Shown here: piece after piece, positions 29,006 to 38,259 of the stretch | Numbering within the stretch: position 1 is the stretch's first letter | Layout of the letters: every line of letters begins with the position of its first letter | Source: an uncultured Solirubrobacterales bacterium | GTDB taxonomy: Bacteria > Actinomycetota > Thermoleophilia > Solirubrobacterales > Solirubrobacteraceae | DNA length: 64,000 nucleotides | Direction: 5' to 3' | NCBI GenBank assembly: GCA_963734425.1 | Contig: CAVTGW010000006.1 | Location: forward strand, 124,295 to 188,294 | Notes under the pieces: model-generated | What the model was told of the DNA's origin: nothing | Databases searched by the model: none | What the model saw: the letters and a program-made list of their open reading frames with translations, nothing else | Made by a program: the position numbers and the translations under genes

Positions 29006-29596
29006 TCAGCAGTCGCGCTGGACGCGCAGCCCGACGGCGCAAGGGGCTATGCGCTCCCAGAGCTGGGCCAGCGCGCTCAGCTCCACGCTCGAGAAGCGCG
29101 AGAGGAAATGTTCCCTCACGACCGCCAGATGAGTGCCGCGGGCGGCGCGCAACCGCTCATGGCCCTGGTCGGTCAGGCATGCGTAGGCGCCGCGAGCGTC
29201 GTGTTTGCAGGAGCAGCGCTCGAGCAGGCCCTCCTTCTCCAGACGGTCGACCAGCCGCGTCAGGCCGCTGCGCGACATCTGCGCCTGATCGGCGAGGTCG
29301 CACATCCGCATGCGCCCTTGGTCGGCTTCCTCGAGGTGGTGGAGGACCTCATAGGAGGTCATCGGCAGGCCATGCTGCTTGTCGAGCTCAGCGTCGACGA
29401 GCTTGGCCAGCGAAGCGTGCGCTCGCAACAGGCCGCGCCAGGCGCGCAGCTCCTCCTCGCTGAGCTCCTCCTGAGCGCGACAGGGCGCGCTCTCGGTGGC
29501 AGCGAAGGGCACCCGCCGAGCGCCCACGTCCAACGGCTCGTTGCGGGGAAGCTCCAGCTCTCGTGGAGCGATCTTGACGACGGTCGCGGTGGACAT
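29006..29596 (-). CDS. MarR family transcriptional regulator
   Basis: AWRGLLRAH, YEVL..L, LSRSGLTRLVDRLE pattern, DARGAYACLT. Confidence 0.9.
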   Translation of the reverse strand: MSTATVVKIAPRELELPRNEPLDVGARRVPFAATESAPCRAQEELSEEELRAWRGLLRAHASLAKLVDAELDKQHGLPMTSYEVLHHLEEADQGRMRMCDLADQAQMSRSGLTRLVDRLEKEGLLERCSCKHDARGAYACLTDQGHERLRAARGTHLAVVREHFLSRFSSVELSALAQLWERIAPCAVGLRVQRDC

Positions 29597-29678
29597 GGTG
29601 TCGATCAGTGCTCGCCAGGGTCCTACTCGATTGAGACTGCTAGACCGAACATAGCAGCGAATGCCCGTGAAATCGGCT

Positions 29679-30065
29679 TCATCTGCGCGTCGCCTTCCAC
29701 GCCCACCACATCATCAGCGGCTGCAGGGGCAGCCTTGCATAGAGCGCCCAGCGGGGAATGCGAGGGAAGCGCTCGGGAGAGACAGCCATGTGGAGGTTTG
29801 CGGGAAAGACGGCTGCCAGCAGTGCGACGATGCCCGCGCCGGCTCCTCGGCGGGTCGCGGGCAACAGCACGCCCAGGCCACCGGCGATCTCCGCCCAGCC
29901 GCTGATCTGGACCAGCAGCTTCGCTTGGCTCTGCATGCTGGGCGGCACGATCTGCTCGTAGGATCGGGGCTTGACGAAGTGATTGATCCCAGTCACGAGG
30001 AAGAACGCGCTGAGCAGCGTCCGCGAGCGCCTCCCCTCCCCGCTTTCGCTCGCCATGGCGCTCAC
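29679..30065 (-). CDS. DoxX-like membrane protein
   Basis: GINHF..P..Y..IVPP, SGWAEIAGG, VFPANLHMA, RLPLQP. Confidence 0.8.
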   Translation of the reverse strand: MSAMASESGEGRRSRTLLSAFFLVTGINHFVKPRSYEQIVPPSMQSQAKLLVQISGWAEIAGGLGVLLPATRRGAGAGIVALLAAVFPANLHMAVSPERFPRIPRWALYARLPLQPLMMWWAWKATRR

Positions 30066-30097
30066 GCGTCCCTCTCGATCGGCGGATGGCCGCTCAT
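30062..30097 (-). other. Bridging micro-ORF MSGHPPIERDA between gpmI and doxX
   Basis: ATG overlaps gpmI TGA; own TGA overlaps the doxX GTG. Confidence 0.5.
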
Positions 30098-31680
30098 GCG
30101 CCGCCCTCGATCAGCGAGCGGCCGGTCATCTCCTTAGGCTGCTCGATCCCAAGCAGCTCCAGCACGGTGGGGGCGACATCGGCCAGCACCCCGCCCGCCT
30201 GACGCAGGGCGAGGCCCGTGGTCGTGACGATCAGCGGCACAGGGTTCAGGGAATGGGCGGTGTTGGGGCTTCCGTCTGGCTCGAGCATGTGATCTGAGTT
30301 TCCGTGGTCGGCCGTCACGACACAGGTTCCGCCGCCGGCGTGTACGGCGCTGAGCACCTTCGCCAAGCAGCGGTCCACCGTCTCGACGGCACGCACCGCC
30401 GCCTCGATGACGCCGGTATGGCCAACCATGTCGGCGTTCGCGAAGTTGATGATGCCGAACTCGGGCAGATCCTGCGCCCATGCGCTCACGAATGCGCCCG
30501 CCGCCTCGATGGCGCTCATCTCGGGCTTGTGATCGTATGTGGGCACGTCACGGGGGGAGGCCACCAGCTCGCGCCGCTCGCCCTCCTGAGGCGCCTCCTC
30601 ACCGCCGTTGAAGAAATAGGTGACGTGGGCGTACTTCTCGGTCTCGGCGACATGCAGCTGCCTTGCCCCGTGGCGCGCGATCACCCGCGAGAGCGTGCTC
30701 TGGGGCCGCTGCGGGCCGAAGAGCACCGGATAGGACCAGCTCTCGTCGTATTCGGCGAGCGTGGTCCAGCGCCTGACGGGCCCCTCGCTGCGACCCACCC
30801 AGCCAGGCAGCTGCTCATCGCCTTCGCCAAACCCCGGCTCGGCCAGTGCCCTTGTGAGCTGGCGCATGCGGTCTGGCCTGAAGTTGAAGCACACGACGCT
30901 GTCGGTTGCTTTGATGCGGGCCTCCGGCCCGACGAGTGTGGGCTCGATGAACTCGTCGCTCTCGTTGCGCTCGTAGGCGGCCTGGACCGCGGCGGCGCCG
31001 CTGTCGGCGTGATAGGGAGCCCTGCCCGCAACCAGCAGGTCGTAGGCGCGCTGCGTGCGCTCCCAGCGCCGGTCGCGGTCCATCGCCCAGTAGCGGCCCA
31101 TGACCGATCCGACCCGCGCGGCGCTCTGGTCGATCGCGGCGATGAAGTCCGCGCCGGAGTGCGGCAGCGTGTCGCGCCCGTCGGTGAAGGCGTGCACGAT
31201 CAGGTCCGCTGCGGGGGCGAGCTGGGCTCCGAGCGCGATCAGCGCCTGGAGGTGCTCGATCGAGGAGTGGACCCCACCGTCGGAGACGAGTCCCAGCAGA
31301 TGGATCCGCTCAGCATCTGCGAACGCCGCTCGCAGAGCCTCGTTCTCCGCCAGCGAGCCGTCGGCGACGGCGTCGTCGATGCGCACGAGATCCTGCTTGA
31401 CGATTGCTCCCGCCCCGAGGTTGAGGTGGCCCACCTCGGAGTTGCCCATCTGGCCTTCGGGCAGGCCCACCGCGCGTCCGCACGCGGTCAGCGTCGTATG
31501 CGGATAGGTGGCCCAGAGCTCATCGAAGACAGGCGTGTCGGCCAGCGAGATCGCATTGCCCGGTCCCGGGTCGGCCAGGCCCCAACCATCGAGCACGACA
31601 AGGCACAGCCGCGCCACGGGCAGGCTTCCAGGCCCGGCCGGCAGCGCACTCACGGCAGGCCCTTCATCGCAGGCCTTCAT
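30094..31680 (-). CDS. gpmI: 2,3-bisphosphoglycerate-independent phosphoglycerate mutase
   Basis: LVVLDGWG, GQMGNSEVGH, SDGGVHS, NFRPDR, ETEKYAHVTYFFNGG, DMVGHTG, ADHGN. Confidence 0.96.
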   Translation of the reverse strand: MKACDEGPAVSALPAGPGSLPVARLCLVVLDGWGLADPGPGNAISLADTPVFDELWATYPHTTLTACGRAVGLPEGQMGNSEVGHLNLGAGAIVKQDLVRIDDAVADGSLAENEALRAAFADAERIHLLGLVSDGGVHSSIEHLQALIALGAQLAPAADLIVHAFTDGRDTLPHSGADFIAAIDQSAARVGSVMGRYWAMDRDRRWERTQRAYDLLVAGRAPYHADSGAAAVQAAYERNESDEFIEPTLVGPEARIKATDSVVCFNFRPDRMRQLTRALAEPGFGEGDEQLPGWVGRSEGPVRRWTTLAEYDESWSYPVLFGPQRPQSTLSRVIARHGARQLHVAETEKYAHVTYFFNGGEEAPQEGERRELVASPRDVPTYDHKPEMSAIEAAGAFVSAWAQDLPEFGIINFANADMVGHTGVIEAAVRAVETVDRCLAKVLSAVHAGGGTCVVTADHGNSDHMLEPDGSPNTAHSLNPVPLIVTTTGLALRQAGGVLADVAPTVLELLGIEQPKEMTGRSLIEGGA

Positions 31681-31718
31681 GCATAGCCCCTTCGGCCGGC
31701 CTCCACAGCAGACCTCAT
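31677..31718 (-). other. Bridging micro-ORF MRSAVEAGRRGYA between tpiA and gpmI
   Basis: ATGA overlaps at both ends. Confidence 0.5.
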
Positions 31719-32488
31719 CTGGCCCTGGCGGCCACACTCGCCTCCACGATCGAGGCGAACGCCTCGACATCCAGCGAGGCGCCGCCGACGAGCGCGCCAT
31801 CGACATCAGGGAGCCCGAGCAGCTCCAGCGCGTTCTCTGGCTTGACCGATCCGCCGTAGAGGATCCGCACGCCGTCGCCGGCATGCTCGGCTCGGTCGTT
31901 GACCAGCGCCCTGACAAACGCCATCGCCTCTTGAGCCTGTTCGGGCGTGGCGACCTTGCCGGTGCCGATCGCCCAGATCGGCTCATACGCGATCACGACC
32001 TCGGCCAGTCGCTCGTCAGGCACGCCGGCCAGGTCCTCGCGGATCTGCTGTCGCAGCTTGCGCTCGGTCTCGCCCGCTTCGCGCTCCTGCTCGCTCTCGC
32101 CGACGCACAGGATCGGCACGAGACCGGCTCCCAGCGCCGCCGGCAGCTTCAGGGCGAGTGCCTTGTCGGTCTCACCGAACAGCTCCCTGCGCTCGGAATG
32201 CCCCAGCACGACGCCCTGGACGCCGGCATCCAGCAGCATCTCGGCCGAGATCTCGCCGGTGAAGGGCCCCTCGCTCTGCTGATGCATGTTCTGCGCGTAC
32301 ACATCCACCCTGGAGCCCCTGGCGCTGTCCGCCATCGCGCGCAGGTCGGTGAAGGGCACGCAGATCGCGACCTCCACATCGCCCACGGCAGAGACCTTGG
32401 GCAGCAGCGCCTGCAGATACTCCTCGGCCTCATGCTCGGTCTTGTGCATCTTCCAGTTGCCCGCGATCAGCGCTGTCCTTGCCATCAC
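31715..32488 (-). CDS. tpiA: Triosephosphate isomerase
   Basis: AGNWKM, GHSERR, AYEPIWAIGTG, YGGSV, LVGGASL. Confidence 0.97.
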   Translation of the reverse strand: MMARTALIAGNWKMHKTEHEAEEYLQALLPKVSAVGDVEVAICVPFTDLRAMADSARGSRVDVYAQNMHQQSEGPFTGEISAEMLLDAGVQGVVLGHSERRELFGETDKALALKLPAALGAGLVPILCVGESEQEREAGETERKLRQQIREDLAGVPDERLAEVVIAYEPIWAIGTGKVATPEQAQEAMAFVRALVNDRAEHAGDGVRILYGGSVKPENALELLGLPDVDGALVGGASLDVEAFASIVEASVAARAR

Positions 32489-33683
32489 GCCACCCCCACG
32501 CCGCCCAGAGCGGCAACGCCGGGCAGCTCGCGGCCCTCCACGAGCTCCAGCGTCGCGCCACCGCCGGTGGAGAGATGATCGACGGAGCCCTCGAGCCCGA
32601 AGCGACTCAGGGCGGCGGCGGAGTCGCCGCCACCGACCACGGTGACCGCGTCGCTGGAAGCCACCGCCTGCGCCACCGCGCGGGTGCCCGCGGCGAACGG
32701 CTCCAGCTCGAATGCGCCCATCGGGCCATTCCAGAAGACCGTCCCGGCGGCGGCGATCTGTACCGCGTAGCGCGCCGCCGTCTCAGGGCCGATGTCCAGG
32801 CCAAGCGCGCCATCGGGTACGTCGACGCCGTCGAGCACCCTGGAGTTCGCGTCCTCGGCCAGCCGATCGGCGATGACCAGGTCCACCGGCAGGCAGAGCG
32901 ACGCCTGCCCGGAGCGGCGCGCCTGGGCGAGCAGCTGCCTGGCGTGCTCGGTGTCCTGCGCCTCACACAGCGAGTCCCCGACGGTGTGACCCTGAGCCGC
33001 GAAGAAGGGAAAGCACATCGCGCCACCGATCATCACCACGTCGGCGATCTCCAGGAAGCGATCGATCACCCCGATCTTGTCCTCCACCTTCGCGCCGCCG
33101 ATCACGGCCACCAGCGGGCGCTCTGGATGCTCGAGGATCTGCGTGAGCGTGCGCACCTCTGCTTCCAGCAGCCTTCCCGCCGCGCTGGGTAGCAGGCGCG
33201 CTACGCCCTCGGTGCTCGCATGCGCGCGATGTGCCACGCCGAAGGCGTCGTTGACGTAGATCTCGGCGAGCTCCGCCAGCGCCTGGGCGAAGGCGGGATC
33301 GTTGCTCGTCTCGCCCGGATCGAACCTGACGTTCTCCAGCAGGACGATCTCGCCGTCTCCCATCGATTCGGTGAGCTCCCGCACCTCCTCGCCGATCACC
33401 CCGGGAGCCAGCGTCACCCTGGCATCGGTCAGCTCACGCAGGCGCGCCGCCACCGGCGCGAGCGAGAGCAGCGGCTCCTCAGAGCACTCGGGCCGGCCGA
33501 GGTGCGAGACCAGCACCAGCCTTGCGCCCCTGCCGCGCAGCTCCTCGAGCGTCGGCAGGGCCCCGGCGATGCGCGTGTCGTCGGCCACCACCTGCTCGCC
33601 GTCCTTGCCGCAGAGAAGGGGAACATTGAAATCAACCCGAACGAGCACCCGCTTGCCCTGGACATCGAGCTGGTCCAAGCTCC

Positions 33684-33687
<4 letters not shown>
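32485..33687 (-). CDS. pgk: Phosphoglycerate kinase
   Basis: RVDFNVP, SHLGRP, LENVRF, NDAFG..HRAHAS, WNGPMG, STGGGA. Confidence 0.97.
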
Positions 33688-34730
<1,043 letters not shown>

Positions 34731-34811
34731 TCACTTGCCTCCTGCGGCGAAAACGAACGAAACCGGGCTACAGGAGCTCCGCTCCCTCGCCCGGCGAGAG
34801 GCCAAAGCGTA

Positions 34812-34874
34812 TCAGCGCTCGCCCTGCAGGCGGCTTCAGATCCCCACCTGAGGCTCGCGCCTGGCGAGCGCTCA
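34812..34874. terminator. Long nested hairpin between rapZ and gap
   Basis: Outer arms CAGCGCTCGC/GCGAGCGCTC, middle CAGGCG/CGCCTG, inner GCTTCAG/CTGAGGC. Confidence 0.45.
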
Positions 34875-35810
34875 GGCGTCCCTGGGACGCCTGTCGATGT
34901 CCCGATGCGCTATCGCGACACTGAGATCCTCCCGCTCGCCGTAGCGCTGAGCGAGGTGCTCGGCGACAGCGACCGAGCGGTGGCGCCCGCCTGTGCAGCC
35001 GATCGCGATCACCAGGTGCGAGCGGCCCTCGCCGACGTACTGGGGGAGCAGGAAGTCCAGCAGCGCGTGCAGTCGCTCATAGAACTGCTCCAGGCGCCCG
35101 TCGCTGGCGACGTACTGGATGACCCGCTCGTCCAGCCCCGTGAGATCACGCAGATCGGACTCGTAGTGGGGATTGGGCAGGAAGCGCACATCGAATGCGA
35201 GGTCCTCCTCCCTGGGCGGGCCGTGCTTGAAGCCGAAGCTCATGAATGTGAGCGCAAGGCGGCTCGCCGCTTTGCTTGGCAGGACCTCGTTGGCGATCTT
35301 CCCGCGCAGCATCGCCGCAGACATGCCGGTCGTGTCGATCACCAGATCGGCTCGACCCCGCAGCGGCTCCAGCAGCTTGCGCTCGGCCAGGACACCGGCC
35401 GCGACGCTTCCATCGGGCGCGAGCGGATGACGCCTGCGGGTCTCCTTGTAGCGGTTGACGAGCGTCTGTTCAGAGGCCTCGAGGAAGACGACGTGATGGT
35501 TGATCCCCAGCGACTGCAGATCCTCCACCACCGCTTGGAGTGCCTCGAAGTAGACGCCGCCGCGCACGTCCGAGACGACCGCCGCGTGCTCGACCTTCGA
35601 TCCCTTGTGCATGAACAGCTCCACGAGCGAGCGGATCATCTCCGGTGGGAGGTTGTCAACACAGAAGTACCCGGCATCCTCGAAGACGTTCATCGCGGTC
35701 GACTTGCCCGCCCCCGAGAAGCCGGTGATCACCACCAGCTCCCGCAGGCGCGACTCGACGTCCGGCTTGTTCGCCGAGCGGAGCGGGCGCAGGGGCCTGA
35801 ATACGGCCAT
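34872..35810 (-). CDS. rapZ: RNase adapter RapZ/YvcJ
   Basis: TGFSGAGKS, CVDNLP, ETRRRHPL, SFGFKHG, DVRFLPNP, GCTGGRHRSV. Confidence 0.95.
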   Translation of the reverse strand: MAVFRPLRPLRSANKPDVESRLRELVVITGFSGAGKSTAMNVFEDAGYFCVDNLPPEMIRSLVELFMHKGSKVEHAAVVSDVRGGVYFEALQAVVEDLQSLGINHHVVFLEASEQTLVNRYKETRRRHPLAPDGSVAAGVLAERKLLEPLRGRADLVIDTTGMSAAMLRGKIANEVLPSKAASRLALTFMSFGFKHGPPREEDLAFDVRFLPNPHYESDLRDLTGLDERVIQYVASDGRLEQFYERLHALLDFLLPQYVGEGRSHLVIAIGCTGGRHRSVAVAEHLAQRYGEREDLSVAIAHRDIDRRPRDA

Positions 35811-35907
35811 TGACCTGATTGTGCCGTGCTTCGCGGACGCCGGCGGCATTTGCGCGATCTCTTGCAGACACTGAGGCGGTTGCGCCGCAGCTGCGGCGCC
35901 GGCGCGC

Positions 35908-37779
35908 TCACCCCGCGCGATGCAGGTGACTGTGCAGCTCGCGTGCGATCTTGGCCGGCACCCCGGGCACCGCCTGCAGTTCCTCGCGCGAGGCGGCGAC
36001 GATCGCCTCGGGCGAGCCGAAGTGGGTCAGCAGCGCACGCTTGCGCGCCGGGCCGACGCCTGGCAGCTCGTCCAGCAGCGAGCGCTTCATGGCTCGATCG
36101 CGCCGCGAGCGGTGATGAGTGATCGCAAAGCGGTGTGCCTCGTCTCTGACCCGCTGCAGGAGCTGCAGCTCGGGCTTGCTGTGATCGAGCACGAGCGGTG
36201 CGTCGCGCCCCGGAAGGAAGACCTCCTCGATGCGCTTGGCGAGTGAGATCACAACGACGCCGCGCTGGCGAAAGCCACGCAGGGGACCCAGCCCGGCCGC
36301 GAGCTGGCCCTTCCCACCATCGATCACCACCAGGCTCGGCAGTGAGGCGAAGCTCGAGTCGAACTCGGGGTCGTGAGGAGAGAGATCCGCCTGGCGCTCC
36401 CAGGCTGCGAAGCGCCTGCTCAGCACCTCGGCCATCGAGGCGAAGTCGTCTGAGCCCTCCACCGTGCGGATCTTGAAGCGCCGGTAATCGGACTTCTTGG
36501 GCGCGCCACCCTCGAAGACGACCATCGAGGCGACCGTGTGGGTGCCGCCGAGATTGGAGATGTCGAAGCACTCGATCCTCACCGGCACGGCATCGAGGCC
36601 GAGCACCTGCTGCAATCCCTCGAGCGCCTGGACTCTGCTCTGGCGACGGCGCTCAGCGCGCAGGCGCTCCTGGTCGAGGGCAAGCTGGGCGTTGCGCTGT
36701 GCGAGCTCGAGAATCCTGCGCTTGTCGCCTCGCTCGGCGGCACGCAACTCGACAGGACCGCTGCGCCGTCGAGCGAGGATCTCCACGAGCGCCTCGCGCT
36801 CGGATGGCGATCGTTGCATCAGCTCCGGCTGCACGACGAGCAGCGCCGGGATCGCCGTCGTCTCGTCGTAGTACTGGGCGATGAACTCCAGGGCGACCTC
36901 GCCGAGATCGCGTTGCGCCTCGTTGGCGAGATAGAAGGACTGACGATCGGAGAGCACGCCGTCGCGCACCTGAAAGACCTGGGCATTCGCGTCCCGGCCA
37001 TCGATCGCCACCGCCACCGCGTCAAGCGTGCCGACCGATGAGTTTGCGACCCGCTGGCGCTCCATCAGCGAGCGTACGGCGCGCAGCCGATTGCGCTCCA
37101 GGGTCGCCTGCTCGAACTCCTGCTCCGCGGCAGCCGCGCGCATTCGACCCTCCAGGTCGCGCTCGATGGCCGCGAAGCGGCCCGACAGGAAGTCGATGAC
37201 TCCGTCGATGCTCTCGCGGTAGCGCTCCTTGGATACGTAGCCCACGCATGGCGCCTCGCAGCGCTTGATGTAGTAGTCCAGGCAAGGGCTGCCGCTGCGT
37301 CTGCCGGGCTCTGGGCCCGTGCAGGAGCGGAACATGAAGACCTTGGCCAGCACCTCGAGGGTGCTGCGCACCCGCTTGGCGTTGGAATAGGGCCCGAAGT
37401 AGGCCCTGCCGGGACGGCGGCGCTCGCGCGTGAAGTACACCCGGGGGAACTCCTCGTCCAGCGAGATCGCGATGAACGGATAGGACTTGTCGTCGCGCAG
37501 CCTGATGTTGAAGCGCGGCCTGTACTGCTTGATGAAGCTCTGCTCCGCGAGCAGCGCCTCCGCCTCGTTGGCTACCACCATGCATTCCACCCGCTGCGCC
37601 TGGGCCACCATCTCGGCGTGACCCGGGCTGCTGCGCACGTTGACGTTGGCGAAGTGGGAGGCCACCCGCTTGCGTATCGACTTCGCCTTGCCCACGTAGA
37701 TGACCTCTCCGCCCTCCTCGCGAAAGAGGTAGACGCCAGGCTGATCCGGCAGGTTGGAACGCTGCTCTGCGAGGGTCAA
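35908..37779 (-). CDS. uvrC: Excinuclease ABC subunit C
   Basis: PDQPGVY, YVGKAK, DDKSYP, ECFDISN, DGGKGQL, RDEAHRFA, C-terminal HhH; TTG overlaps the upstream stop. Confidence 0.96.
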   Translation of the reverse strand: MTLAEQRSNLPDQPGVYLFREEGGEVIYVGKAKSIRKRVASHFANVNVRSSPGHAEMVAQAQRVECMVVANEAEALLAEQSFIKQYRPRFNIRLRDDKSYPFIAISLDEEFPRVYFTRERRRPGRAYFGPYSNAKRVRSTLEVLAKVFMFRSCTGPEPGRRSGSPCLDYYIKRCEAPCVGYVSKERYRESIDGVIDFLSGRFAAIERDLEGRMRAAAAEQEFEQATLERNRLRAVRSLMERQRVANSSVGTLDAVAVAIDGRDANAQVFQVRDGVLSDRQSFYLANEAQRDLGEVALEFIAQYYDETTAIPALLVVQPELMQRSPSEREALVEILARRRSGPVELRAAERGDKRRILELAQRNAQLALDQERLRAERRRQSRVQALEGLQQVLGLDAVPVRIECFDISNLGGTHTVASMVVFEGGAPKKSDYRRFKIRTVEGSDDFASMAEVLSRRFAAWERQADLSPHDPEFDSSFASLPSLVVIDGGKGQLAAGLGPLRGFRQRGVVVISLAKRIEEVFLPGRDAPLVLDHSKPELQLLQRVRDEAHRFAITHHRSRRDRAMKRSLLDELPGVGPARKRALLTHFGSPEAIVAASREELQAVPGVPAKIARELHSHLHRAG

Positions 37780-38135
37780 TAGGTGCGCCAGAAACGGTAG
37801 ACCGCGACCAGCGAGTAGATGACCAGCCCGATCAGCGCAAACCAGAGGAGCTCGCCCACGCCTGTTTCCCACATGCGATCGCGGGCGGCGAGCGTGACGA
37901 AGCCGACAGCCACCGCCCCATAGAGCAGCGCCCTGTGGCGCTCCCCCAGGCTGAAGAGACTGACGCGATGTTCGCGGTAGAGCATCTGGCCCAGGTAGGC
38001 GACGCCTGTGTAGAAGGCGACGAGCAGCACCACAGCGAAGGTGTTCGCCACGCGACCGCCCGAGGGCAGGAACTCGACGGCTGCGGCGATCAGCAGGACG
38101 ATCGTGATGTTGCGGATCGTTCCAAGATGATTCAT
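37776..38135 (-). CDS. Hypothetical 4-TM membrane protein coupled to uvrC
   Basis: 119 aa hydrophobic ORF with TTGA overlap. Confidence 0.7.
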   Translation of the reverse strand: MNHLGTIRNITIVLLIAAAVEFLPSGGRVANTFAVVLLVAFYTGVAYLGQMLYREHRVSLFSLGERHRALLYGAVAVGFVTLAARDRMWETGVGELLWFALIGLVIYSLVAVYRFWRTY

Positions 38136-38199
38136 GCCGATGCCCTCATGGTGTCAACGCCTTCATGGTGATACCCGACGCGCTCATGATGCTTCGAGT

Positions 38200-38259
38200 C
38201 TAGCCCTCCGGGAGCGTTCCCAGACATTCCCAGATCAGTCCTCCAGGAGCGTTCCCAGA
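38200..38259 (-). repeat. Diverged 25-bp duplication (21/25) of the ABC-F 3' end
   Basis: LGTLLED-TGA copied as LGTLPEG-TAG 35 nt downstream. Confidence 0.8.
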
